From Candidatus Thorarchaeota archaeon SMTZ1-45 (GTDB lineage: Archaea; Asgardarchaeota; Thorarchaeia; Thorarchaeales; Thorarchaeaceae), in NCBI GenBank assembly GCA_001563335.1, contig LRSL01000055.1:13030-77029 (forward strand): a DNA stretch of 64,000 nucleotides. Reading direction: 5' to 3'. Below are positions 29,400 to 39,800 of the stretch, one piece after another. The notes beneath the pieces are model-generated. The model was not told the DNA's origin, ran no database searches, and saw only the letters and a list, made by a program, of their open reading frames with translations. The first letter of the stretch is position 1; the number at the start of each line of letters is the position of its first letter. The position numbers were made by a program, and so were the translations under genes.

Positions 29400-30131
29400 A
29401 TGAAAGAAGCGAAAAAAATCTTCAAGGCTGCTCGTGAGGAGGGCAGGACCTTTGTTCTTGAACACGAAGCAAAGGACATCATGAAGGCATATGGCATCCC
29501 AATTCCAGCCTATGCAACTGCAACTACGGTTGAAGAAGCAATTGAGAAATCCAAAAGCATGGGATTTCCCGTTGTACTCAAGATCCTTTCCAAAGATATT
29601 CTGCATAAGTCAGATGCAGGAGGCGTGAAGATTAATCTCAAGAATGAGGACGATGTTCGAAAAGCCTTCGATGAGATTATGAAGAATGCAAAGAAGTATG
29701 GAAAAGAGAAAGGTTTGGAGATTGACTTGAGTCGTGGGGTTTTCATCTCCGATTTTGTAGACATGGGGACTGAGATCATTGTGGGAGTCACAAAGGATCC
29801 ACAATTTGGTCATGCTCTTATGGCAGGTCTGGGCGGCATCTTTGTCGAGGTTCTCAAAGATGTGTCATTCAGACTGATTCCATTCTCAGAAACTGATGCT
29901 AGGGAGATGTTAAGCGAACTCAAAGCATACAAGATTCTCGAGGGTGTGAGAGGCGAGGGTCCCCGGGACATTGACGCGTTAGTCGAAGTAATGCTCGCAG
30001 TTTCAAAGATGGTTGAGGAGAACCCTGAGATAATTGAACTTGACTGTAATCCAACATTCGTATATGAGAAAGGAAAAGGTGCCCTCGTGGTTGATGCGCG
30101 GATTTTGATAGAAAACCTCAACGAAACTTAG
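29400..30131 (+). CDS. acdB: Acetate/acyl-CoA ligase (ADP-forming) beta subunit, ATP-grasp
   Basis: GFPVVLKILSKDILHKSDAGGV, DPQFG, GLGGIFVEVLKD, ELDCNP, VDARI. Confidence 0.92.
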   Translation: MKEAKKIFKAAREEGRTFVLEHEAKDIMKAYGIPIPAYATATTVEEAIEKSKSMGFPVVLKILSKDILHKSDAGGVKINLKNEDDVRKAFDEIMKNAKKYGKEKGLEIDLSRGVFISDFVDMGTEIIVGVTKDPQFGHALMAGLGGIFVEVLKDVSFRLIPFSETDAREMLSELKAYKILEGVRGEGPRDIDALVEVMLAVSKMVEENPEIIELDCNPTFVYEKGKGALVVDARILIENLNET

Positions 30132-31324
30132 TCACTAATCATAGTATGAAGAAGAACTAGACCTCTCTTGAGATCGATGTCCTTCAGAGGATCTTTTGAT
30201 GATGTCTTTGTAGCTGTGGCTAGAAGCAACAAGAGTGCAACCAATCTAGGCACAAGTCTAGCGTACTGAAGTAGGAAGTCTTTGTTTCCAGTTGAGTCTA
30301 CAACAAGACCTTCAAGACGTCTTATCAAAAGCTGAATCCTCTCTTCTACGCCATTATCAAGTTTAAGTCCTCGAAAAAGCTGAATCGCCACTGATTCATC
30401 TTGCAAGAAGGCAGATGAAACACCAATATTCTCGAACATCTGCAAAGCATTGAGAATAGTAGAGTCGTAGTGCTCATCTTCGAGCCGTTCTATCTCTTGT
30501 TTTACAGCCTGAAGTTGACCTAGAAAACGGAGTGAGTTTGTCAGTATAGTCCGCGAAGCCCCAGAGGTGGCTGGAGCCATTTCTGCTAAATAATCACCAT
30601 GAACCTTCTCAAGGCGTGCAGCAGCTGACGAGTTCAGTTTTCTCTCGAACCCTGGAGAGAATCCAACACTTGCTGCTTTTGGCAGAACAGGATGCGACCC
30701 CAATCTACGAATTACAGTCAGCGCTTTGAAATCCTCACTTGGAACATAGAAGCAAAGTATTCGGAGTATGTCATATGCTGTTTCAAAGTCAGTTTCTGAT
30801 ATCACATTGCGACCTTGTCCTTTGCATGCAAAAGCACTAAGAATAGCCCATGAAGAAATAAAACTCTCACGAAGGTCATCTCGTTGGACTTTATCTGCCA
30901 CCTCATGTTCTTTCAAGAAACGAAACAATTTCTCTGCAGCACCTGAGATTCTCTGTAGAGTATTGGGTCCAAATTGGAGGTCAGTTATGGACTTAATGAA
31001 GTTCCTTGGTTCCCTAGAGGGTGGTCTTAATACAAAACCAGGCTCATTTCTGGTCATTAGCCACCATTTTGATGTTGAAGTGAAATAGTCAAGCACATCA
31101 ATTGCTTCAGTGACATCAGTTGGATTTGCTAGATCTCGGGATTCTAAATATGCCACAAGTTTCGTGAAGAGACTGACAAATCGTGTTAGATGGACTGATA
31201 TCTTGGACCCTAAGAACAGAAAATCTGTAAACCTAGTTACTACTATTTCGATTTGTTTAGGGACAGAGTCCTCTACCGTTATTCCTAGCAAACCTTTGTA
31301 GACTTCAACTGGAGTTCGCGTCAA
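30128..31324 (-). CDS. Hypothetical all-alpha protein with four ~95-aa AAA-lid-like units
   Basis: Long ORF; recurring ends ESRDLANPTDVTEAIDVL, QGRNVISETDFETAYDIL, KDPLKDIDLKRGLVLL. Confidence 0.6.
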   Translation of the reverse strand: MTRTPVEVYKGLLGITVEDSVPKQIEIVVTRFTDFLFLGSKISVHLTRFVSLFTKLVAYLESRDLANPTDVTEAIDVLDYFTSTSKWWLMTRNEPGFVLRPPSREPRNFIKSITDLQFGPNTLQRISGAAEKLFRFLKEHEVADKVQRDDLRESFISSWAILSAFACKGQGRNVISETDFETAYDILRILCFYVPSEDFKALTVIRRLGSHPVLPKAASVGFSPGFERKLNSSAAARLEKVHGDYLAEMAPATSGASRTILTNSLRFLGQLQAVKQEIERLEDEHYDSTILNALQMFENIGVSSAFLQDESVAIQLFRGLKLDNGVEERIQLLIRRLEGLVVDSTGNKDFLLQYARLVPRLVALLLLLATATKTSSKDPLKDIDLKRGLVLLHTMISD

Positions 31325-31385
31325 AACTCTGCAATCTCCTGTTATGTCAATTCACTGATTTTGACATATAAAAGCTGACAAGATA

Positions 31386-32162
31386 CTACTTACCAAATCT
31401 TCTAGACCGTGCTCCATAGGAACGTAAAGCGCGCCATATATCAATCCGGCGAACAGCTGGCCAGTAAACTTGTGCAAAGTAAAGCTCTGAATATGCGGAT
31501 TGCCACAAGAGAAAACCAGAGAGTCGTTCTTCACCTGATGTACGAATTATAAGATCAGGGTCAGGTATACCATTAGTGTATAGGTGGCCTTCTATAATGT
31601 CCTCATCAATCTGAGATGATGACAATTCGCCAGTTTCAATCTTTTCACCAATCGCCCTCACAGCATCAACAAGCTCAGCTCTTCCAGAGTATCCAATAGC
31701 GACATTTAGAATGTGGTCATTATATTCTTTGGTTTCCTCCTCGGCATCTCGGATAGCTTTCTGAACTTTTTCAGGAAGAAGGTCAACTCTTCCAATAGCC
31801 TGTATTCGAACTCGATGACGGTGAACATCCGGATTCCCGACGACTTCACTAAACTTTTCTTCTGCAAGAGCCATTATCTCCTCGACTTCATCCTTTTTCC
31901 TCTGAAAATTCTCGATAGAGAAGGCATACAATGTGCACACTTTCACATTAGCCTCCCAAAGAATACGCAACACATCCATCACCTTCGCAGCACCCCTTTG
32001 ATGACCAAACCATGGAACCTCAAGGCCATGTTTTCGTGCGTATCTACGGTTCCCATCTAGAATAATGCCAACATGTCGTGGAGCACTATCTTTGTCTAAT
32101 TGTCTGAAGAGATAGTATTCATACAGTCTATACATAGGACCAGATAGGTTCAATTCTAACAC
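31386..32162 (-). CDS. uppS: cis-prenyltransferase (undecaprenyl/polyprenyl diphosphate synthase)
   Basis: HVGIILDGNRR, YAFSIENFQR, PDLIIRTSGEERLSGFLLWQSAYSEL, C-terminal RRFG. Confidence 0.95.
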   Translation of the reverse strand: MLELNLSGPMYRLYEYYLFRQLDKDSAPRHVGIILDGNRRYARKHGLEVPWFGHQRGAAKVMDVLRILWEANVKVCTLYAFSIENFQRKKDEVEEIMALAEEKFSEVVGNPDVHRHRVRIQAIGRVDLLPEKVQKAIRDAEEETKEYNDHILNVAIGYSGRAELVDAVRAIGEKIETGELSSSQIDEDIIEGHLYTNGIPDPDLIIRTSGEERLSGFLLWQSAYSELYFAQVYWPAVRRIDIWRALRSYGARSRRFGK

Positions 32163-32224
32163 ACTCTACTAAACTAAAATGGAAACCTCAACTTAATAGA
32201 GTTGATGTTGTGTTGGTAGATGCA

Positions 32225-32596
32225 TTAGATCATTTTCGCAATCTTCTCTGCAGCACGTTTCATATCTAAGAATATGAGACCTAGTTTGGCATTTGCAGTG
32301 GTGGAAACAGTCAGACAAGCGTTGATGCCAGCTGCCGTGACCAACAACCAGCCATCGACACCCTTGACATTGACTTGCTCAAGGTTGCCTTTCCCAAGCT
32401 CTATCGCCGCTCTCTCACCAAGACTCAGCATAGCAGCAGTCATTGCTGCGACCTTTGCCTCATCTACATCTGTGGGAAGAGCCGAAACAATTGGTAACCC
32501 TTCTACACTAACTATAGCACAGGCTTCAATCTCGGGAATGCTTCCTTGTAGTTCGTTCAGAACACCTTCGAGAGTATTTTCGCGGGTCTCTGCCAT
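32225..32596 (-). CDS. Roadblock/LC7 (MglB-like) protein
   Basis: AIVSVEGLPIVS, VAAMTAAMLSLGER, LEQVNVKG, AKLGLIFLDM. Confidence 0.92.
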   Translation of the reverse strand: MAETRENTLEGVLNELQGSIPEIEACAIVSVEGLPIVSALPTDVDEAKVAAMTAAMLSLGERAAIELGKGNLEQVNVKGVDGWLLVTAAGINACLTVSTTANAKLGLIFLDMKRAAEKIAKMI

Positions 32597-32609
32597 TTGG
32601 TCTCACCTG

Positions 32610-33182
32610 TCATTTGTACATTCTTTTCAGGATGACTTCTCTTGCTATTGCTTGAAAAGCCCTCTTAACTCCTACGCCCTGTACAGCAATTGTTTCATAG
32701 ATGGGTACATTTCCACCAAGACCAAGTAGGTCGAGCATTTCATCTCGTGACATCCTGTTTGGTAAGTCTCGCTTGTTTAGCATGACTACTATCGGAATTT
32801 CACGACCAAGAGCATCACCGAGGAACAACTTTAGCTCCTCGAAACTCTCTGTGTTCTCATCGCGCTGATCCGGTGAAGAGTCTGCAACAAATAGGATTCC
32901 ATCAGTGCCCTGAAGCACCACCTTTCTCTGATGCCTGTGTCGTTTCTGTCCAGCCACTGTGAAGACATCGAAAAGCACTCGGCCACCCGCTGACATAGGG
33001 ACATAGTCAAAGAACAGCGTACGATTGGTTTCATCCTCAATTGCAGTGAACTCTCCCTTCTGTAGCCCTTCTACTTTTCCATAAAGCCAGCGGAGCGCGG
33101 TTGTTTTGCCTCCTAGGGACGGGCCATAGAATACTAGTTTGAGATGAATTCGTCCCTTGTCGTCTTTTCGAATTGTAAACAC
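32610..33182 (-). CDS. MglA-like (Arf-related) small GTPase
   Basis: G1 GPSLGGKTT, G2 RTLFFD, G3 TVAGQ, FVADS, G4 NKRD. Confidence 0.92.
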   Translation of the reverse strand: MFTIRKDDKGRIHLKLVFYGPSLGGKTTALRWLYGKVEGLQKGEFTAIEDETNRTLFFDYVPMSAGGRVLFDVFTVAGQKRHRHQRKVVLQGTDGILFVADSSPDQRDENTESFEELKLFLGDALGREIPIVVMLNKRDLPNRMSRDEMLDLLGLGGNVPIYETIAVQGVGVKRAFQAIAREVILKRMYK

Positions 33183-33370
33183 CTCATTGTGTCACTGCAG
33201 AGGTCCCTGTAGTGGGATGTTGGTTGAGTAAAGTTCTGTCTAATAAAAGCCTTTGTGGCACGAGAGGGTGCCCTCGGACGGCTTTTTGGTTGACTGAACT
33301 GATTCACTCCAGTACTCATGATTACTGGAACAGCCAAGCGTGGATACATCTGTGTGTGATATGTATGATT

Positions 33371-33835
33371 TCACACACGCTCGAGCTCAGCCAGGGCAGA
33401 TTTTAGGTCTTCTTCGTCAAGCTCGCTCTCTTTGGGAGATAATGGCTCCACTGCAAGGAACTTGTCAAGCTCATTAGCTAGTTGTACACCTTGTTTCTTC
33501 ATCACAAGCCGGATCAGACCAATATTCACCTCTGCCTCAGAAACTACACAGAGTACACCTTTCCCACAAGCTGAGGCGAAAATTTTGCCCTCCGAGAACT
33601 CAGAAGTGACTATCTCAAGCTCCCCAATCTGCAGGTTCTTGCCCTGCTCCTCACTTGCACAGAAGACCGCACTGGCAATGGCTCCAATTGAGTCGACGTC
33701 TACTGGGTAGTAGCTCAGCTTCGACACATTAGCTATTGTGAGGCCTGTCTTGTCGACTAGTATGACCTTTTTGATACCTTTGTCTTGGCGAATGATCTCT
33801 GTCAAAATTTTATCAAACGCCTTTGGGTCGCTCAT
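33371..33835 (-). CDS. Roadblock/LC7 protein with acidic C-terminal helix
   Basis: ILVDKTGLTIA, IGAIASAVF, VNIGLIRLVM; tail ELDEEDLKSALAELERV. Confidence 0.88.
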   Translation of the reverse strand: MSDPKAFDKILTEIIRQDKGIKKVILVDKTGLTIANVSKLSYYPVDVDSIGAIASAVFCASEEQGKNLQIGELEIVTSEFSEGKIFASACGKGVLCVVSEAEVNIGLIRLVMKKQGVQLANELDKFLAVEPLSPKESELDEEDLKSALAELERV

Positions 33836-33861
33836 TCATAGTTCACCTCAATCTTATTCTC

Positions 33862-34164
33862 TTACTGATTGTTCTTAAGGACTACTAGGATGAGTCCTTC
33901 GTTCACTTCCGGTGCGATGTTAATCTGACCCTTGGTTGTATCCAAGGTCAGAAATGACAACGACCCCTCTCGAAGTTCTCGCACAGCATCTAGTGCTTTT
34001 CCAACGAGGGAGGTGATTATTGCAGCGACGTTCTCTGTAGTTTCCGGGTCTAGATCACTACTGAGTGGCAGACCTTCCAAGGTGGTCACGACAACTCCTC
34101 GGACTCCTTCTTGTGACTTAAGTTTAGAAAGAATCCCTTGGAGCTTTTCTTGGCTAATCACCAT
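33862..34164 (-). CDS. Minimal roadblock/LC7 protein lacking the C-terminal helix
   Basis: GVRGVVVTTLEGLPLSSDL, VAAIITSLVGKA, ends at LILVVLK; ATG at 34164. Confidence 0.85.
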   Translation of the reverse strand: MVISQEKLQGILSKLKSQEGVRGVVVTTLEGLPLSSDLDPETTENVAAIITSLVGKALDAVRELREGSLSFLTLDTTKGQINIAPEVNEGLILVVLKNNQ

Positions 34165-34402
34165 ACAGAGGCCTCGCTGATTCAACTGTGCCTTAACATC
34201 TACGCCGCAGTTGACTATTTTAGACTTGTGGAGATATGTTACCAACCCACGTAGCTCATTTGCGCATTTGAAGAATATTTGGGGTTGTGTTACATCATCT
34301 GTGGGGATTTTATACCTTCATTCATAATAAAGAATTGATTCCAGTGTCGTTCCTGGAAGGACATGAATAATGCCCAGTAAACAATGAACGATTGTGTTAC
34401 AT

Positions 34403-34442
34403 AAAAAAAGAAGCGTGGTCGTGTTAGAAAAACACACGACCA
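34403..34442 (-). terminator. Hairpin plus U-tract terminator after the Sec23/24-like gene
   Basis: TGGTCGTGT...ACACGACCA inverted repeat followed by a T7 tract on the minus strand. Confidence 0.55.
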
Positions 34443-34461
34443 TTGATTTTGATTCAAAGTA

Positions 34462-36084
34462 TTAGGCTTCTTCATCTTTGTCAAAGAGTTTCTTTGAGCT
34501 TCTTTTCATCTGAGCAAGACTACCTGTGAAAGCTTCATCAGCAGCTCCTGATGGGCCTGCAGCTGGAGCCTCAGCCATCATCTCCTCCTGACGAGTAATC
34601 TCAGCCTCCTCGTTGTTCAAGACATTGTCAGTCTTATCCAACATTGCTTGAACGCTAGCAGGAGCAGACTTTGCCTTTGTCTTCAGAGCCTTTCTGAATG
34701 AGGCGATCCGCTCTCGCCCCTTCTCCCTATCACCACGGAAAGACTCTTCCCCAGCTTTCTGTGTCACAAAGGTTGCACCAACTGTTGGGTCGAGGGTTTC
34801 CATTATTTCTTCCTCTTTCTTGGTAACACGAAGCTTGGTTGTCACCACACGAACTCTTCGTGCACCCTCTTCATCAGTGTAAGATACTTGGACCTGTATT
34901 GGTACTTCAGGCGCCTTAATCTCCATTTCTGGTTCAACCTCAAAGTATAGCTCATGATCCTCACCAACAACTCCAATCTTACTCTCGCCGTTCTTCTTCA
35001 ACTGGTCAACAACAGCCCGGGAAACTCCAGAGGCATCTTTGACTTTCACACCTGGAGGTGTGACAAGCCGCACCTCTACATCCCTACCTAGAAGAGATGC
35101 TCCAGCCAATTCAGAGAGACTGCGATCAAGCTCATTTGGAGTCACATAGTACATCTGACCACCAGTTGCTTCAGGTAAGAGCCCTAACGTCTGAAGCTCC
35201 ATGCCAGCACCTGAGGCAATACCAACTACATCGACCGCGGTACCGAGTTCCATGAACATCTTTCCTAGGTCCTCGTAGTATTTACTCGCAGGAGTGACCT
35301 GATATCCCTCAAGAGCACCAATACCTTCGTTAGCAAGCCCATCCGTGAGAAGGACCACTCTTCCAACATTGCGATGCTTGGCAATGACATAGGCCATTCC
35401 AACTGCTGGGCCCAACGCAGTGCCACCTTGGTCACGGAGTGTTTGTACATGCTTTTTTAGCCGGTCCTTGTTCTTTCCCACACCTACTAATTTCACCTGG
35501 TCAAGAAGCTTCTTTGTAGACTCCATGATATCTTTAAGACTCGCAAAGGAGTCTCTCGGAAGTTCAACTGGATTTCCGTTTTCCAGATTTCGAGCAACAA
35601 CAGAGCTCTCAAACTCTATCAATCCAAACATGGTGTCTGGTGCGTTCGCGGCAAGACTGTCAATGGATGTGTTCAGACTGCGTTTAACTGCAGCTAGGTT
35701 TGCTCCAGCCATTGATCCTGAAACATCAATTAGCCCAAGAAATGAACGTCCGCCTACAGAGATTGTTTCCGTTTCGGTGGTTGTGTCTGGTGGCGGGTTA
35801 ACAATGAAATCGGTGTCATCACCTGCTACTACAATCTCACCCTCAATGACATTTAGAGTTCCACAGAAAGGACAAACAAAGTGTTTGCCCACCTTTGGAT
35901 CGTCTTCTATTTGGTCTACACTAAGAAGGAAGCCATTACATTTGTGGCATGCAATGGGCTTTCCTACAATCTTTGTGGTTTCATGCGCAAGATGACCAAA
36001 TTCTACACGCAGGACATATGGAATATCGCTCAGTACTTTTTTCGAAGCTGGAAAAGCCGCTGAGCTAGTTCTCAACATAGGCAT
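34462..36084 (-). CDS. Sec23/Sec24-like protein (Zn finger + vWA + beta-sandwich + helical region)
   Basis: PIACHKCNGFL...FVCPFCGTLN Zn finger; DVSGS/GGTALG/LTDG vWA; ATGGQMY; QVQVSYTDEEGARRVRVVT beta-barrel motif of Sec23/24. Confidence 0.85.
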   Translation of the reverse strand: MPMLRTSSAAFPASKKVLSDIPYVLRVEFGHLAHETTKIVGKPIACHKCNGFLLSVDQIEDDPKVGKHFVCPFCGTLNVIEGEIVVAGDDTDFIVNPPPDTTTETETISVGGRSFLGLIDVSGSMAGANLAAVKRSLNTSIDSLAANAPDTMFGLIEFESSVVARNLENGNPVELPRDSFASLKDIMESTKKLLDQVKLVGVGKNKDRLKKHVQTLRDQGGTALGPAVGMAYVIAKHRNVGRVVLLTDGLANEGIGALEGYQVTPASKYYEDLGKMFMELGTAVDVVGIASGAGMELQTLGLLPEATGGQMYYVTPNELDRSLSELAGASLLGRDVEVRLVTPPGVKVKDASGVSRAVVDQLKKNGESKIGVVGEDHELYFEVEPEMEIKAPEVPIQVQVSYTDEEGARRVRVVTTKLRVTKKEEEIMETLDPTVGATFVTQKAGEESFRGDREKGRERIASFRKALKTKAKSAPASVQAMLDKTDNVLNNEEAEITRQEEMMAEAPAAGPSGAADEAFTGSLAQMKRSSKKLFDKDEEA

Positions 36085-36269
36085 CAGTATTTGCCTCCAA
36101 AATAATTCGAGTGACCTTTGCGTGAGGAGTTTTAAGTGATTCTACGAAGAATGCTTCTTCGTGTACAAGATAGTAATCTATAATGAACACTACAGACCAA
36201 CACACAAGATATTTACATGCCTAATACCTGAAAGCAGATAGACAATTCAGGCCTCTTGGGAGGAATTTC

Positions 36270-36635
36270 ATGATGGATAAAGCTAAGATTGAAAAAGTTG
36301 TATCAGAAACGATGGCTGCCAATGCAGATTTGGAAGGTATAGTCATATGTGATGCTAAAGGAAGTGTGCTCTTTGGTCACACAATTAGTGGAGGGACAAA
36401 GCATTCAGACATAGCAAACCTTGCGGTGAAGATAGCAGCTAACTCGTCCCAGCTCTCAGCTGGTCTAGACAAGGGGGGCCTGAAGGAAGTCAATATTGCA
36501 TCAGATACCGGTTTCATTCTTATCCTCGGCGATGTTAAATTGGTACTAACGGGAGTCGCAGGAGAAGGAGCGAGAGAGTCACTAGGGCTTCTCAGAATGG
36601 CTCTGCGAAGAGCGCTTTTGCAAATGGTTACATAG
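36270..36635 (+). CDS. Divergent roadblock/LC7-like protein
   Basis: GIVICDAKGSVL, LKEVNIASDTGFILI, SLGLLRMAL. Confidence 0.7.
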   Translation: MMDKAKIEKVVSETMAANADLEGIVICDAKGSVLFGHTISGGTKHSDIANLAVKIAANSSQLSAGLDKGGLKEVNIASDTGFILILGDVKLVLTGVAGEGARESLGLLRMALRRALLQMVT

Positions 36636-36834
36636 AACCAGCCCAAAAAAAGTCAACAGAGTTAGACTTTTCAACACATTAGAGAATGCCCTCCAAGCCT
36701 GAATACGTTATCCAGATATAGCTGGAGTATTACTAAGGTCATACCAACCGTATTTAGGCCTCTGTAAAATCAGAATAACACAATTGGTCACGCTAAGGTT
36801 GTTCTGACTGAAACTTGCCGGAAGGGAATGGGAC

Positions 36835-39800
36835 TTGGTTCATATTGAGAAGCTTGTATGCAAGGGCTTCAAATCATTTGGACGAGAGACAGTCACCATT
36901 AAGCTAAACCCAGGTTTCACGTGCATAGTTGGACCAAATGGATCTGGCAAGTCCAATGTTGTTGATGCCATTCTCTTTGTGTTGGGACAACTAAGTGCTA
37001 AGACTCTTCGTGCTAATGTGTTTTCGGACTTGCTATATTCTCCGCCGAAACCAAATATGCCTCCAAAAGCTAAGTCTGCTCATGTAGAGTTGCACTTCGA
37101 TAATAAGGATAGAAAATTACAGATTGATGCGGATCGTGTTGTGATTGAAAGAGAATTAGATGATTCTGGAAAATCAGTATGCCGCATCAATGGAAAAGTA
37201 GTTACTCGTACTGCAGTGTTGGATGTATTAGGCGCCATTGGAGTGGACCCCAATGGGTACAACCTTGTCCTCCAAGGGGAGATTGCTCAGATGGTCAAGG
37301 TTAGTCCAATAGAGCGAAGGAAATTGATAGAGGATATCGCAGGAATATCAGCTTATGATGAACAGAAGGAACGCGCTCTCAAAAAGCTGGCTGAAAGTGA
37401 GAGCAACTTGGGTAAAGTTGACATGCAGCTTCAGGAAAGGCGCCGACAGCTTGAGAAATTAGAAGAAGATATGTCTGATGCGCGTAGGTATCAGAGTCTC
37501 CATAATCAGACACGAACACACAGAGTTGACATTCTCGCATGGAGTACCATAAAGGGTAATTCTAGGATTGAAACCATCAACGAAACGCTGGCGCAACGCG
37601 CTGAAGAGGCCGAGAGTCTTGTCAAGGAATTTGTAGAAGTGGAAACAGGTATACAGAGCACGGAAACTGAGATTGAGAAGATAGATCATGAGATTGATCA
37701 GATCACTGGAGGAGATTCAACTAGGGTATCAGAACAGTATGGTATAGTTTCTGCTGCTGTTTCTCATGTAAGAGGTGACCTGGAGAGAGCTCAAGCAGAG
37801 TTTGACAAGGTAGCTGGAGAGATGTTGGCGCTCAGTGAGGAACTTGAAACTGTACAAGATGAGATTAGTCACAATGAACAGGTTTTGGCGGACAAGAACA
37901 ACGAACTGACTGGTCTTGAAAAAGAGATAGCAGGTACAGCTGCAGAGATCATCCGATTAGAGGACATGTCAGAAAGGGCACAGATTGAATATTATGAAAC
38001 TACACTACGGCTTCAGGATTTGAACAATCAAATGAGACACCTAGATGAGGGTGTTTCTGAAGTTCGATCAACGATAAAGTCAGACAACAGGGAGTTAGGA
38101 CTTGCATATGAGGAACTAAGAGATGCAAAGGAGAGTCTGGAGAAGACTGAAGCAGAGATTTTACAATTGAAGGAAACCGTTCCTGAGAAGAGAACTGAGC
38201 TCGAAAAGTCCGAACAGCTCGAGCGAACTCGACAGGCTGAAATCGATGATTTGACTGAACGGCTTACAACTGTAGATGCAGAAGTTGCAGAGAGCACAAA
38301 AATAGTAGCTCAGACAAGAGAGGAGCTCATCAAGGTAAAGGCACGTCAAGACGCTTTGAAAGAGGCAGAGGACGCGTTTCTTAAGAGACGTCGTGCAATC
38401 GCCACAGTTCTGGAGCTTAGAGATGCAGGTGCAATTGGTGGAATATATGGCACAGTAGCAGAGCTTGGAACAATTGACCCAGACTATGCGGTAGCATTGG
38501 AAATAGCTGGGGGCAATAGACTCTCACATATTGTTGTTGAGAATGAGCGTGTTGCAACGGAATGTGTCAACGTGTTGAAGAATGAGCGAGTTGGTAGAGC
38601 CGCGTTCATTCCACTTGACAAGATTAAGACTAGTGCTCCTGGAAAACTCCCCAAAGATGATGGAGTTATCGACTTCGCATTGAACTTGGTGAAGTTTGAT
38701 CCTAAAATGCACCCAGCATTTGAGTTTGTATTTTCTGATACAATTGTGACTGAGGATTTTGAAACAGCAAAACGGCAAGGGTTCCAAGGACAGAGAGCAG
38801 TATCTCTTGAGGGAGATCTTGTAGAGCGTTCTGGATTGATTACAGGGGGATATTTCCAACAGGCCACAGCTGGGCTGTCGCTCCAGGTGGAGGACACTAG
38901 CCCTGAGATTGAGGATCGTCTTAAGGGATTGGAAGAGATTCTGACCGAGCTTCGTAGCAAGCAGGATGTTCTTCGGAAAGAGCTAAAGAGCTATGAAAAG
39001 GAAGTTCAAGGTCTTTCAAAGACAAATTACAAACTCCGTATGGAACTGGAGCGATTAGAAGAACGATTTGAAGAGCAAAAATCTAGATCTACGATATTAC
39101 AGGAGCGAATAGACAAGGCGAGCCTCACAATCAATGAACTTGAATCTCAGATAAAAGACCTTCAAGAGCGCGATGATGAACTTAGTGTACAGCGAGAGAG
39201 AGTTCGTACTCAACGTGATGAAGCTAATGAAGCATTGGTCACCTCGGATGCCAACAAGCTCAATCAGGAAATCAAGGATTTGAAGGAAGTACTGGAACAA
39301 TATCAGAAACAAAGAGAGAAGCTTCAGAGTGAAATCACCTCTGTAAGAGTTGCGATTGATGAACGGCTTGGACCTAAAGCCATTGAGCTTGAATCCAAGA
39401 TTCAAGCTCACGATGCAATTATTCCAGGCCTTGAGGAGGAAGTGAAACGACTACAAATGGGACTCTCAGAGAGAGAAAGAGAGTTTGAGAAGCTCAAGGA
39501 AGAGCGGGAACGCATTGATGAGGCTGTAAAGGATAAGCGAGTTCGCCAGCTTGAATTAAAAGAAGACCTACGAAATCTAAGGCTGCGGCATGAAGAGATT
39601 CGTGAAGCACAGACATCCAATGAAAAGGCAGTATATCGGCTTCAGACCGAACAAGGCAGACTAGAGGCGGATGTCGTTGGATTTGTAGCTGAACTGAACA
39701 CAGTTGGAAGCGCCCAAGAGGCTCTTGAGGAGAGAGCAGAAGAACGGGAACTCACCTACAAAGAGATAGAGGAACTTGAGGAGAAAATCAAAGAGATTGA

